Shown here: piece by piece, positions 50,203-60,860 of the stretch
Position numbering within the stretch: position 1 is the stretch's first letter
How the letters are laid out: the number at the start of each line of letters is the position of its first letter
Assembly: GCA_008638125.1 (NCBI GenBank)
Contig: VTPM01000001.1
Coordinates: forward strand, 8,012 to 72,011
Direction: 5' to 3'
DNA from: Pelagibacteraceae bacterium
GTDB taxonomy: Bacteria > Pseudomonadota > Alphaproteobacteria > Pelagibacterales > Pelagibacteraceae
Length of the DNA: 64,000 nucleotides
Notes under the pieces: model-generated
Databases searched by the model: none
Told to the model about the DNA's origin: nothing
Seen by the model: the letters and a program-made list of their open reading frames with translations, nothing else
Position numbers and translations under genes: made by a program

Positions 50203-52551
50203 ATGTTCAATCATTTTAATTTTTTAATAAAATCGATTATTGTCTTGTTTTTATTATCTCTATTTATAGCCTTTTCTGCCTTATGGTATTTTTCATCAGG
50301 TCTTCCAGATTATAAAAAATTGGAGAGTTATGAACCTCCAATTTCAAGTAGAGTTTATGCTAACGATGGAACATTAGTTGCAGAATACGCAATAGAAAAA
50401 AGACTTTTTATACCTTATGAGTCCATACCAAAAACCATAGTGCATGCTTTTTTGTCAGCAGAAGATAAAAATTTTTTTGAGCATCCTGGTATTGATCCAA
50501 AAGGTATAATTAGAGCAATAATTAATAATATAAATAATGTGCTTAATAACAAAAGACTTGAAGGAGCATCTACTATTACCCAACAAGTTGCAAAAAATTT
50601 TTTACTTACCAGCGAAGTATCTTTGAAAAGAAAAATCAAAGAAGCTATTTTAGCTTTTAGAATTGAAAAAGCTTATACAAAAGAAAAAATTTTAGAACTT
50701 TATTTAAATCAAATTTATTTAGGTGAAGGGACATATGGTATTGCCGCTGCAAGTTTAGAATATTTTGATAAATCTGTTAAAGAATTAGATTATTCCGAGG
50801 CAGCTTTATTAGCGGCATTGCCAAAAGCACCAAGCAAATATAATCCATTTAAATATTATGATGAAGCTAAATTAAGAAGAAATTTAGTATTACAAAATTT
50901 AAATGAAAATAATTACATAAATAATAATGAATTTAAAAAACTTAAGGATGAAGAAATTAAATTAAAAAAAAGACAAATAAAGCTTCTTCAGGAGTCCAAC
51001 TACTATACTGAAGAAATTAGAAGAAACATTAAAGATAATTATGGTTTCGATCAATTATATGCACAAGGTCTTTCTATAAAGTCATCATTAGATATTGAAT
51101 ATCAAGTTTATGCATTAGAAGCATTAAGATCTGGCATCGAAGCTTATGATAGAAGGCATGGCTGGAGAGGTCCAATCTTGAATAAGAAAAAAGATACAAA
51201 CTGGGAACAGAAAATAAAAGGAATAAATTTAGACAAAAGTTTAAATTGGCAGATTGCAGAAATATTACAAATTAATAATTATGGCTTGAATTTTAAAATT
51301 TTAGAGAGTGATCAAAAAGGTTTAATAAATTTAAATAATTTAAAATGGGCAACAAAAAAATCAATTGAGGATTCATTTGAAATCAATGATGTTATTTTTG
51401 TTAAACAAAATAAAAATGGCAATTGGGAACTGAAACAGTTTCCAAAAGTTAATGGAGCAATTGTTGTGCTAGATCCATTTAATGGAAAGGTTAAAGCATT
51501 AGTGGGAGGTTTTAGTTTTGAGTCTAGTGAATTTAACAGAGCAACGCAGGCAAAAAGACAACCTGGATCGGCATTTAAGCCTTTTGTTTACGCCGCTGCA
51601 TTGGAAAATAACTTTTCACCAAATTCAATTGTACTAGATGCTCCATTTATAGCAGAACAAGGGGTTGGTTTAAAAAATTGGAAACCTGAAAATTATGGAA
51701 AACAATTTTATGGACCAAGCACACTTAGAAAAGGAATTGAATATTCTAGAAATTTAATGACTGTTAGAGTTGCGCAACAATTAGGTTTACAAAAAATTAT
51801 TGAACTATCAAATAAACTGAATATTTATGGCGATGTACCTGAATTGTTATCTGTCTCTCTTGGCTCTGCTGAAACTACTTTATTACAAATAACTAATGCT
51901 TATGCATCTTTTGTAAATGGAGGAAAAAAAGTTGATCCAATATTAATTGAAAGAATACAAGACAGAAGAGGAAAAACAATTTTTAACTCCGATGAGCGAG
52001 AATGTATCGGATGTGATAAATTTTCTGAAACAGAAGTTTCTATTCCTTACATTAGAGATAATTTTAAACAAGTTTTTAGCAAAGAAACCGCTTATCAAAT
52101 ATTATCTATGTTAGAGGGCACGGTTGAAAGAGGAACTGGAAAAAATCTTAAAGATCTTAATGTACCTTTGGCAGGAAAAACTGGTACAACAAATGATAAT
52201 CTTGATGCTTGGTTTATTGGCATTACCTCAAATTTAGTAATTGGTGTTTACATAGGTTTTGATGAACCCACAACGTTAGGTAAATTTGAAACTGGCGCAA
52301 AAGCAGCACTTCCTATTTTTAGAAGTTTTGTGAAGCAAGCATTATATAAAGATGATTTTAAACCTTTTACTGCTCCAGAGGAAATATTATTTGCTTCAAT
52401 TAATTATGATACAGGAAAAAAAGATACATTAAATAATCCAGATGCAATTTTAGAGGCATTTAAACTTAGCGATATAAACAGATTAAAAAATAATAATTTA
52501 AATAGAGATTTAAATTATGATAGTTTAATCAAATTTAGACAATTTTATTAA
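50203..52551 (+). CDS. mrcA: Penicillin-binding protein 1A
   Basis: AEDKNFFEH.GID, GASTITQQVAKN, RQPGSAFKP (SxxK), SRN, GKTGTTN. Start moved to ATG at 50203, just before the TM anchor. Confidence 0.95.
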   Translation: MFNHFNFLIKSIIVLFLLSLFIAFSALWYFSSGLPDYKKLESYEPPISSRVYANDGTLVAEYAIEKRLFIPYESIPKTIVHAFLSAEDKNFFEHPGIDPKGIIRAIINNINNVLNNKRLEGASTITQQVAKNFLLTSEVSLKRKIKEAILAFRIEKAYTKEKILELYLNQIYLGEGTYGIAAASLEYFDKSVKELDYSEAALLAALPKAPSKYNPFKYYDEAKLRRNLVLQNLNENNYINNNEFKKLKDEEIKLKKRQIKLLQESNYYTEEIRRNIKDNYGFDQLYAQGLSIKSSLDIEYQVYALEALRSGIEAYDRRHGWRGPILNKKKDTNWEQKIKGINLDKSLNWQIAEILQINNYGLNFKILESDQKGLINLNNLKWATKKSIEDSFEINDVIFVKQNKNGNWELKQFPKVNGAIVVLDPFNGKVKALVGGFSFESSEFNRATQAKRQPGSAFKPFVYAAALENNFSPNSIVLDAPFIAEQGVGLKNWKPENYGKQFYGPSTLRKGIEYSRNLMTVRVAQQLGLQKIIELSNKLNIYGDVPELLSVSLGSAETTLLQITNAYASFVNGGKKVDPILIERIQDRRGKTIFNSDERECIGCDKFSETEVSIPYIRDNFKQVFSKETAYQILSMLEGTVERGTGKNLKDLNVPLAGKTGTTNDNLDAWFIGITSNLVIGVYIGFDEPTTLGKFETGAKAALPIFRSFVKQALYKDDFKPFTAPEEILFASINYDTGKKDTLNNPDAILEAFKLSDINRLKNNNLNRDLNYDSLIKFRQFY

Positions 52552-53640
52552 TGGAACAGATTGATAACCAAATTATATTAGCTGAAAAAAGCTTAGCAAA
52601 TATAAGGGGGTATCTTTGAAACAAATCAAATCCAAGCAAAACTTGATCATATAAATTCTGAAATTTCCAAAGAGGATTTTTGGGCAGATAATAATAGAGT
52701 TAAAAAAGTTGTTAAAGAAAAAAAACATTACGACTCTCTTTTAGAGCTTTTTAAAGAATCTAATAATGAATTGGGTAATTTAAAAGACATATATCAGTTA
52801 GCAAAAGAGGAAACTGATAATGAGATGCTTATTGATTGTAATGATAAAATAAATTCTATTTTAAAAAAAATAAAAAAAACTGAAATTGGTTGTTTTCTAT
52901 CGGGTGAAAATGATGCTTTGGATATCTATTTAGAAATACATGCTGGAGCAGGAGGTACTGAAAGCCAAGACTGGGCTGAAATGCTCAGAAGAATGTATTT
53001 GAAGTGGTTTGACAAAAAATCCTTTAGTTGCGAAATAATCAGTGAACATAGAGGGGAAGAAGCTGGAATTAAATCTTCGACACTTAAAGTGTCAGGAGAA
53101 TTTCTCTACGGACTAATGAAAAGAGAGTCAGGAGTTCACAGATTAGTAAGAATTTCTCCATTTGATAGTGGAGCAAGAAGACACACAAGTTTTGCAAGTG
53201 TATGGATTTACCCATCAATTGATGAAGAGATAGATATAAAAATAGATGAGAAAGATTTACGAATCGATACATACCGCTCGAGTGGCGCAGGAGGCCAACA
53301 TGTTAATGTTACGGACAGTGCAGTTAGAATTACACATTTACCTACAAAAATAGTTGTACAATGTCAAAACCAAAGGTCTCAACATAAAAATAAAGAGACA
53401 TGCTATAAAATGCTTAAAGCTAGACTGTATGAACATGAATTACAAAAAAGAGAACAAGAAGAGCAAAAAAATATGACTTCAAAAACTGACATTGGTTGGG
53501 GGCATCAAATAAGATCTTATGTTTTGCAACCCTATCAATTAGTTAAAGATCTTAGGTCAAAAATTGAAAGCACCAATCCAGATGATATATTAAATGGAAA
53601 CCTAGATGAATTTATTGAAGGAAATCTAAAAATTCATTAA
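52551..53640 (+). CDS. prfB: Peptide chain release factor 2 with programmed +1 frameshift
   Basis: ATG at 52551 opens 22 codons ending AGG GGG TAT CTT TGA. The +1 frame from 52618 is open to 53640 and contains the SPF and GGQ motifs. About 362 aa in total. Confidence 0.97.
52605..52620 (+). other. RF2 programmed ribosomal frameshift cassette
   Basis: Internal SD AGGGGG, 3-nt spacer TAT, slippery CTT-TGA-A. Confidence 0.95.
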
Positions 53641-55820
53641 TGAAAAAAACTTTATATACTTTAATTTCAATATTTATAATTCTCATATCTATTGGAATAT
53701 TTTATTTATCATTTATAGGCCTAGAAACTTCAAAATTTAACAACATTATTTCAAGTGAGATAAAAAAAAAAGACTCAGCCATAACAATTGAATTAAAAAA
53801 AATCTTAATTAAATTTGATTTAAAAGAATTTCAAATTTATCTATCAACATCAAAGCCTTTAATAACATATCAAAACATAGATATTCCAATTGAGGAGGTG
53901 AATATATATTCAAAAATTATACCTTTGTTAAAATCAAAAGTTGAAATTAGTCAGGCTAACTTTGTAATTAAAAATTTTGAACTAAAACAGATCCAAATAG
54001 CTGCATTAAGAATAAAACCATCTAATTTTAAAACTTATTTATTAAACAATTTGAAACAAGGTAAATTGAATGAGTTAGTGGCTATAATTAGTTTAAATAA
54101 TAATTATGAAATTATAGATTATAAATTTAATGGAAGTATCGAAGGAGTAGATGTTTTGCTTCCCAAGTCACATATTGTAAAAGACTTAAATTTAAATTTT
54201 GCAGCTGATAAAAACTTAGTTTTATTAAATTCAATAAATGCAAGCTATAATGGCCTGAAAATTTTAAATGGATCAATAAATCTTGAAAATAAAGATGAAA
54301 TTTTTATTAAGGGTAAATTTGACTCTAAATTTAATTTTAATGAGCAAGATATTAATAGCTTTATAAAAAATAAGTTTTTTTTAGAAAATAAAATTATTAC
54401 TAAGGGGAACCTGGTTCATAATTTTAATTTAAATTTAGATCAAAATTACAAATTGATTAAATATGATTATATTTTAAATGGAAATATTGAAGAGTCAAAA
54501 ATTAATTTCAATAAAAGTTTAAAAAATCAATTCTTAAAAAAATCAATTAAAACTATTCAGTTTACTAAAACAAAAATTGATGCACAAATTAACAATAAAA
54601 ATGAAAATAAATTAATTCTAGATGGCTCATATAATGCAGATGAAGGCGATTTTAATAAATTTAAAATTGAAAGCGAATTAAATAATAAAAAATATGTTGT
54701 AGATTTTGATGTATCTGAAAATATATCTATTGATTTTTTAAATTACACTTCTGATAAAAACTCAAAAATTAACGTTAAAAGTCATTTTAATTTTAATAAT
54801 AATGATACAAATTTTAAATCAATTTCTATTCATGAAGGACCTAATTCAATTGATATCAATGGGTTATCGATTAATGATAAGTTTGAAATTAAAAATCTAG
54901 CTAGTGTATCTGTAATTACCTTTAATGAAAAAAAAGAAAATAATAATTTTAAAATAAATATTAAAGATAAAATTATTATTGGAGGTTCAAGATTTGATGC
55001 AACAAATTTACTAAAATCAATTAATTCTCAAAGCAAAAACAACCCTTTAGTAAATTTTACTAAAGAAATTGAAATTAATTTAGAAAATCTAGTTACAAAA
55101 TCTGAAATCCCAATTAATAATTTTAGACTTATTGGTAAAATTGAAAAAGGAAAGTTTATAAATATTTCTGCTAAAAGTGAATTTTCTAAGGACAAATATT
55201 TAGATATATCTTTAAAAAAAGATCCTAATAATAAAAAAATTTTAGAAATATATTCAGATGTGCCCAAAGCTCTGTTGGCAGACTATAAATTTTTTGAAGG
55301 ACTTAAAGATGGAAAGTTATTTTTTAATTCTGTAATTGATGAAGAAGGTTCAGTTTCTAAAATAACAATTGAAAATTTTAAAGTCGTTAAAGCTCCTGCA
55401 TTTGCAACTTTATTAACTTTGGCTGACCTTGGAGGGGTAGCAGATCTTCTCTCAGGGGAAGGTATGAGTTTTGATATTCTAGAAATCTCACTTAATGAAA
55501 ATAAAGATGTTACAAAAATAGAAGAAATTTTAGCACTTGGTTCAAGTATCTCGGTAATTATGGATGGTTACACTGAAAAAAAAACAGGTTTAATTAGTTT
55601 GAGCGGAACCCTTGTTCCAGCCAAAACTCTTAATAGTTTAGTATCTAAAATTCCAGTGGTTGGAAATATTTTGGTTGGAGATAAAGTTGGAGAAGGTGTT
55701 TTCGGTGTTAGTTTTAAAATGAAAGGATTACCGGGAGATGTTAAAACTACCGTAAATCCAGTTAAAACTTTAACCCCTCGTTTTATCACAAGAGCATTAG
55801 AAAAGATGAAAAAGAATTAG
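53640..55820 (+). CDS. AsmA-like / YhdP-type bridge protein
   Basis: N-terminal TM anchor, long beta-rich body, AsmA_2-like C-terminus (L.GTLVPA.TLN.LVSKIPVVG.IL.G...EG.FG..F...G......VNP...LTP). Confidence 0.75.
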   Translation: MKKTLYTLISIFIILISIGIFYLSFIGLETSKFNNIISSEIKKKDSAITIELKKILIKFDLKEFQIYLSTSKPLITYQNIDIPIEEVNIYSKIIPLLKSKVEISQANFVIKNFELKQIQIAALRIKPSNFKTYLLNNLKQGKLNELVAIISLNNNYEIIDYKFNGSIEGVDVLLPKSHIVKDLNLNFAADKNLVLLNSINASYNGLKILNGSINLENKDEIFIKGKFDSKFNFNEQDINSFIKNKFFLENKIITKGNLVHNFNLNLDQNYKLIKYDYILNGNIEESKINFNKSLKNQFLKKSIKTIQFTKTKIDAQINNKNENKLILDGSYNADEGDFNKFKIESELNNKKYVVDFDVSENISIDFLNYTSDKNSKINVKSHFNFNNNDTNFKSISIHEGPNSIDINGLSINDKFEIKNLASVSVITFNEKKENNNFKINIKDKIIIGGSRFDATNLLKSINSQSKNNPLVNFTKEIEINLENLVTKSEIPINNFRLIGKIEKGKFINISAKSEFSKDKYLDISLKKDPNNKKILEIYSDVPKALLADYKFFEGLKDGKLFFNSVIDEEGSVSKITIENFKVVKAPAFATLLTLADLGGVADLLSGEGMSFDILEISLNENKDVTKIEEILALGSSISVIMDGYTEKKTGLISLSGTLVPAKTLNSLVSKIPVVGNILVGDKVGEGVFGVSFKMKGLPGDVKTTVNPVKTLTPRFITRALEKMKKN

Positions 55821-57055
55821 TAAATTTTAACCAAAAAATGTCTCTTTTTGCCATGAGAAATTTTTAAAATATCATCATTAAAGTCACTTGAAGAGATTAT
55901 TTTTTTTTCATCATCAACAACTTGATCATTTATCTTTATTCCTTTTTCATTAATTGCTCTTCTAGCCTCACCTTTTGATTTAAAAATTTTGTCATTAACT
56001 AATAAATCAAGAATTTGCATACCGTTCGTTATTTGTTTTTTTTCTAATAATATTTCTGGTAAATTTTTTCCAATTCCACTTCCTTCAAAAGTTTCCTTTG
56101 CAGTTTTTTCAGCTTCTTTTGAGTTTTTCTCTCCATGAAGAATTTTAGTAGCTTCATTAGCTAATAAAATTTTTAGATTATTAATATTTTTTTCATCTTT
56201 AATAGTTTCTTCTAAATCTTTAATTTCAATTTCAGTGAAGTATTTCAAGAATCTATTAACATCTTCATCATTTGTATTTCTCCAAAATTGCCAATATTCA
56301 TAAGGGGATAATAATTTTTCATCTAACCATATAGCTCCGCTCTCTGTTTTTCCCATCTTTGCACCAGAAGAAAGAGTGATTAACGGAGTAGTTAGCCCAA
56401 AAGCTTCTTTTTGACTTAGTTTTCTAATTAACTCTACACCATTAACAATATTTCCCCACTGGTCTGAACCTCCAATTTGCAGAATACAGTTATTTTTTTC
56501 ATTAAGCTTAAAAAAATCATACGCTTGTAAAATCATATAATTAAATTCCATATAGCTAAGAGATTGTTCTCTTTCCAATCTTAGTTTAACACTATCAAAG
56601 CTTAACATTTTATTTATTGTAAAGTGTTTTCCGATATCTCTTAAAAATTCTATGTAATTTAATTTTTTTAACCATTCGGCATTATTAACAAAAATTGGTT
56701 CTGTTTTTTTATTACTAAAATCTAAAAGTTTTTCAAAAATTTCTTTTATTTTTTTAATATTATTTTCTATTGATTTTTCATCTAAAATTTTTCTTGTTGC
56801 ATCTTTACCTGATGGATCGCCTATTAGAGTAGTCCCACCCCCAAGTAAAACAATTGGTTGATGACCATGTTTTTGTAAAAGTCTTAAACACATAATTTGC
56901 AGAAGACTTCCAACATGAAGGCTTGAGGCAGTACAATCAAAACCTATGTAAGCCTTAATAGAATTAGTTTTAATCAGACTATTTAATTTATTGAGATCTG
57001 TACATTGATGAAAAAAGCCTCTTGACGTAATTTCATCTATAAAGTTTGGTTTCAT
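55817..57055 (-). CDS. tyrS: Tyrosine--tRNA ligase
   Basis: YIGFDCTASSLHVGS, IGDPSGK, LQAYDF, QIGGSDQWGNI, KMGKT, C-terminal S4 domain. Confidence 0.98.
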   Translation of the reverse strand: MKPNFIDEITSRGFFHQCTDLNKLNSLIKTNSIKAYIGFDCTASSLHVGSLLQIMCLRLLQKHGHQPIVLLGGGTTLIGDPSGKDATRKILDEKSIENNIKKIKEIFEKLLDFSNKKTEPIFVNNAEWLKKLNYIEFLRDIGKHFTINKMLSFDSVKLRLEREQSLSYMEFNYMILQAYDFFKLNEKNNCILQIGGSDQWGNIVNGVELIRKLSQKEAFGLTTPLITLSSGAKMGKTESGAIWLDEKLLSPYEYWQFWRNTNDEDVNRFLKYFTEIEIKDLEETIKDEKNINNLKILLANEATKILHGEKNSKEAEKTAKETFEGSGIGKNLPEILLEKKQITNGMQILDLLVNDKIFKSKGEARRAINEKGIKINDQVVDDEKKIISSSDFNDDILKISHGKKRHFLVKIY

Positions 57056-57120
57056 AGTTTGTATGGTTTATTATAACTTTTATACAATAATAATATTAAA
57101 TTAAATAATTAATAACATAC

Positions 57121-58224
57121 ATGATTACTTCAATTGGACTAATGAGTGGAACATCGTGCGATGGTATAGATTCATCAATTATAGAGTCAGATGGAGAAAA
57201 TAAAGTAAATTTTCTGGGCGATTTATTTTTTCCATATTCACCGGAAACAAAAAGCAAAATTAGACAATTGAAAGACAAAATTAATGTCTTTAAAGACCTA
57301 AAATCAAATCAAGCAGAAATACAATTAATTGAAAAGGAGATCACATTATTGCACGCAAAATGTGTTGATTTGTTAATTAAGCAACTTAATTTTGAAAAAA
57401 AAAATATAGATCTAATCGGGTTTCATGGACAAACAATATTTCATAGCTTTAAAGATAAAAAAACCGTTCAATTAGGTAACGCTCATTTACTATCTCAATT
57501 AACTAATACAAATATAATTTATAATTTTAGACAAAATGATATTCTTAATGGTGGTCAGGGCGCACCATTAACACCAATTTTTCACAAGTTTATAAAAGAG
57601 AACCTAATTTCAGAAAATCCAATAGTTTTTATAAACATTGGTGGAATTACAAATCTTACGTTTATAGATAACGAAAAAATTTCTAGTTTTGACTCTGGAC
57701 CTGGTAATTTTTTAATAGATAAATTCATACAATTTAAAACTCAAAATAAGATACAGTACGATGATGAGGGTAAAATTGCATTAAGTGGTCAGGTTGATAA
57801 AAATATTTTAAGCAGTTATCTTGATGATCCTTATTTTTTAATTAAACCTCCAAAATCTTTAGATGTTAATGATTTTAATTTGTCACCAATAAGATCACTA
57901 AATTTAGAAAACGGTCTAGCAACACTCTCAGAATTAACTGTAATTACAATTTCTAATGCACTCAATTTTTTTAATAAAGTACCAAAAAAAATTATTTTAT
58001 CTGGGGGAGGTAGAAAAAATAAATATTTGTTTAATCAGATAAATAACATAACTCAAATTTCAACATCTACTATAGATGAGTATAAAATTAATGGAGATTT
58101 TGTGGAGTCACAAGCTTTTGCTTATTTAGCAATTAGATCTTTTTTAAAAAAACCAATTTCTTTTCCAGAAACAACTGGTGTTAAAAATCCTTCAACTGGT
58201 GGAAATTTAATTAAAATTAGATAA
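57121..58224 (+). CDS. anmK: Anhydro-N-acetylmuramic acid kinase
   Basis: IGLMSGTS.DGID, GFHGQT, GGQGAPL.P, NIGGI.N, FDSGPGN, EsQAFAYLA. Confidence 0.95.
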   Translation: MITSIGLMSGTSCDGIDSSIIESDGENKVNFLGDLFFPYSPETKSKIRQLKDKINVFKDLKSNQAEIQLIEKEITLLHAKCVDLLIKQLNFEKKNIDLIGFHGQTIFHSFKDKKTVQLGNAHLLSQLTNTNIIYNFRQNDILNGGQGAPLTPIFHKFIKENLISENPIVFINIGGITNLTFIDNEKISSFDSGPGNFLIDKFIQFKTQNKIQYDDEGKIALSGQVDKNILSSYLDDPYFLIKPPKSLDVNDFNLSPIRSLNLENGLATLSELTVITISNALNFFNKVPKKIILSGGGRKNKYLFNQINNITQISTSTIDEYKINGDFVESQAFAYLAIRSFLKKPISFPETTGVKNPSTGGNLIKIR

Positions 58225-58873
58225 GAGCAGTTTTTTCTTTAATATATTTTTCTATTTCTTTAGCTAAATCTTGTTCTTTATTTTTAAAAAAATGGTTGGC
58301 ACCTTTAATTTTAGTAAAAATAACCTCAATTCCTTTCTGACTTTTAATTCTTTTGTCTAGTTCATCTATACTCTCTTTAGTAACTAATTCATCTCCATCA
58401 CTATAAATAACTTGACCAGAAGTCGGGCAGGGAGCTAAAAAAGAAAAATCATAAACATTAGGTTGAGGAGAAATAGCTATAAAATTATTTACTTCAGGTC
58501 TACGCATAATCAGTTGCATACAAATTAAAGCTCCAAATGAAAAACCTGAAACCCAGCATTGACTGTAATCTAAATTTTCTCTTTCAATCCAATCTAAAGC
58601 TGCAGCTGCATCTGATAATTCACCTTGACCATTGTCAAAAACTCCATCACTTTTTCCAACACCTCTGAAATTTATCCTTATGACAGAAAAACCATTTTCT
58701 AGAAAAATATTATAAGTAGTTTGTACAATTTTATTATTCATCGTGCCTCCATATTGAGGATGAGGCTGTAGAACTATGGCCACTGGAGAACCAAATTTTG
58801 GGTTTTTATAATATTTACCCTCTAATCTTCCTGCTGGCCCAGGTATAAATATTTCGGTGCTTTTTGGTTTCAT
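58217..58873 (-). CDS. Alpha/beta hydrolase (conserved neighbour of the alphaproteobacterial iscR-suf locus)
   Basis: GPAGRLEG.Y, PHPQYGGTMNN, RINFRGVGKSDG, GFSFG nucleophile elbow, GANHFF. Confidence 0.9.
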   Translation of the reverse strand: MKPKSTEIFIPGPAGRLEGKYYKNPKFGSPVAIVLQPHPQYGGTMNNKIVQTTYNIFLENGFSVIRINFRGVGKSDGVFDNGQGELSDAAAALDWIERENLDYSQCWVSGFSFGALICMQLIMRRPEVNNFIAISPQPNVYDFSFLAPCPTSGQVIYSDGDELVTKESIDELDKRIKSQKGIEVIFTKIKGANHFFKNKEQDLAKEIEKYIKEKTALI

Positions 58874-58942
58874 TTAGTAAATTATTTCAATTTAAAAAAA
58901 AGCCTTATATCACGTTTTATTAAACAAATTGGTATTATTTGT

Positions 58943-58967
58943 AATCTTGACTAATTTAGTAGGAATA
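58943..58967 (+). promoter_or_regulatory. IscR type-1-like operator overlapping the -35 element
   Basis: AATCTTGACTAATTTAGTAGGAATA resembles ATASYYGACTRwwwYAGTCRRSTAT and contains TTGACT. Confidence 0.75.
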
Positions 58968-58998
58968 AGCTATTAAAGCAGTAAAATAAAGAGATATT

Positions 58999-59418
58999 AT
59001 GAAGTTAACTACAAAAGGTCGATATGCAGTTATGGCGATGGCTGATTTAGCTGCAAACGAAAATATTAAGCCAGTAAGCTTAAATGAAATTGCATTAAGA
59101 CAAAATATTTCTTTGTCCTATTTAGAGCAATTATTTTTAAAACTTAAAAATAATAATTTAGTTAAAAGCGTAAGAGGACCTCAAGGTGGATATGTTTTGG
59201 AAAGAAATCCAAAAGATATTAAGTTGTCAAATATTATTTTTGCAGTTGATGAGGAGGTCAAAACTTTAAATTGTAAAAAAGACTCAAAAAAAGGATGTAG
59301 TGGCAAATCTTTTAAATGCATAACTCATAGTTTGTGGGCAGACTTAGAAAATCATATTAATTTTTTTTTCGAAAATAAAAAACTAAGTGATTTAATACAA
59401 AGAGAACAAAAAACTTAA
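58999..59418 (+). CDS. iscR: Rrf2 family Fe-S cluster regulator IscR
   Basis: [34 protein letters not shown], three Cys plus His (C..C..CITH.LW). Confidence 0.93.
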   Translation: MKLTTKGRYAVMAMADLAANENIKPVSLNEIALRQNISLSYLEQLFLKLKNNNLVKSVRGPQGGYVLERNPKDIKLSNIIFAVDEEVKTLNCKKDSKKGCSGKSFKCITHSLWADLENHINFFFENKKLSDLIQREQKT

Positions 59419-59423
59419 TAAAA

Positions 59424-60860
59424 ATGAAAAATCAAAATTTAAATATAAATCAGGAATACAAGTATGGTTTTACAACTGATATTGAAAGCATAAAAGCTCC
59501 AAAAGGTTTAAGTGAAGAGTCTATTAAATTTATATCTAATATTAAAAAAGAGCCTAGCTGGATGTTAGATTGGAGATTAAAAGCATTTAAAAGATTAAAA
59601 ACTCTAAAAGAACCTAATTGGCAAAAACCAAAGTATCCAAAAATTGATTATCAAGATTTATATTATTACTCAGCTCCTAAAAGTTCATCGAATAAACCTA
59701 AAAGTTTAGATGAAATCGATCCTAAAATAATTGAGACTTATAAAAAATTAGGAATACCACTTGTTGAACAACAAAGATTAAATGGTATTGCTGTTGATGC
59801 AGTTTTTGACTCAGTATCTGTTGCGACAACTTTTAAAGAAGAATTAACAAAAAAAGGTATTATATTTTGTTCTATTTCTGAGGCAATACAGAAACATCCA
59901 GAGCTGGTAAAAAAATATATAGGTTCAGTAATTCCTTTAAGTGATCATTATTTTGCAACATTAAATTCTGCAGTTTTTACAGATGGATCATTTGTTTACA
60001 TTCCACCAAATACAAGATGTCCAATGGAACTATCTACCTATTTTAGAATTAACGCATCAGAAACAGGACAATTTGAAAGAACTTTGATCATTGCTGATAA
60101 AGGAAGTTACGTAAGTTATCTAGAAGGCTGTACAGCTCCTATGAGAGATGAAAATCAACTTCATGCCGCTAACGTTGAATTAATTGCATTGGATGACGCT
60201 GAAATAAAATATTCAACTGTTCAGAATTGGTATCCTGGTGACAAGGATGGTGTTGGAGGAATATATAATTTTGTAACAAAAAGGGGAATTTGCAAGGGTA
60301 AAAACTCTAAAATTTCTTGGACACAAGTTGAAACTGGTTCAGCAATTACATGGAAGTATCCAAGTTGTATTCTGCAAGGAGATAATTCTGTTGGTGAATT
60401 TTACTCTATAGCAATAACAAACAATCATCAAAAAGCTGATACAGGTACTAAGATGATACACTTAGGCAAAAACACTAAAAGTAAAATAATTTCTAAAGGT
60501 ATATCAGCTGGATTTGCTGACAACACCTACAGAGGCCTTGTTGATATAAATGAAAAAGCGACAAATTCTAGAAATTATACACAATGTGACTCTTTATTAA
60601 TGGGTAATAAGTGTGGAGCTCATACCGTTCCTTATATTAAAAATAAAAATTCAACATCTACAATTGAACATGAGGCAACAACAACTAAGATAAATGAAGA
60701 ACAGCTCTATTATTGCAATCAAAGAGGTCTAGATCAGGAAGAGGCTGTCAGTCTTATTGTTAATGGATTTTGCAAAGAAGTTTTACAACAATTGCCAATG
60801 GAGTTTGCGGTCGAAGCACAAAAATTAGTTGCTATAAGCTTAGAAGGAAGTGTTGGCTAG
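59424..60860 (+). CDS. sufB: Fe-S cluster assembly protein SufB
   Basis: [51 protein letters not shown]. Confidence 0.99.
   Translation: MKNQNLNINQEYKYGFTTDIESIKAPKGLSEESIKFISNIKKEPSWMLDWRLKAFKRLKTLKEPNWQKPKYPKIDYQDLYYYSAPKSSSNKPKSLDEIDPKIIETYKKLGIPLVEQQRLNGIAVDAVFDSVSVATTFKEELTKKGIIFCSISEAIQKHPELVKKYIGSVIPLSDHYFATLNSAVFTDGSFVYIPPNTRCPMELSTYFRINASETGQFERTLIIADKGSYVSYLEGCTAPMRDENQLHAANVELIALDDAEIKYSTVQNWYPGDKDGVGGIYNFVTKRGICKGKNSKISWTQVETGSAITWKYPSCILQGDNSVGEFYSIAITNNHQKADTGTKMIHLGKNTKSKIISKGISAGFADNTYRGLVDINEKATNSRNYTQCDSLLMGNKCGAHTVPYIKNKNSTSTIEHEATTTKINEEQLYYCNQRGLDQEEAVSLIVNGFCKEVLQQLPMEFAVEAQKLVAISLEGSVG

Noticed and set aside
52551-52770. prfB as a pseudogene or sequencing frameshift
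   Set aside because: The break falls exactly at the known SD plus CTT-TGA programmed frameshift cassette.
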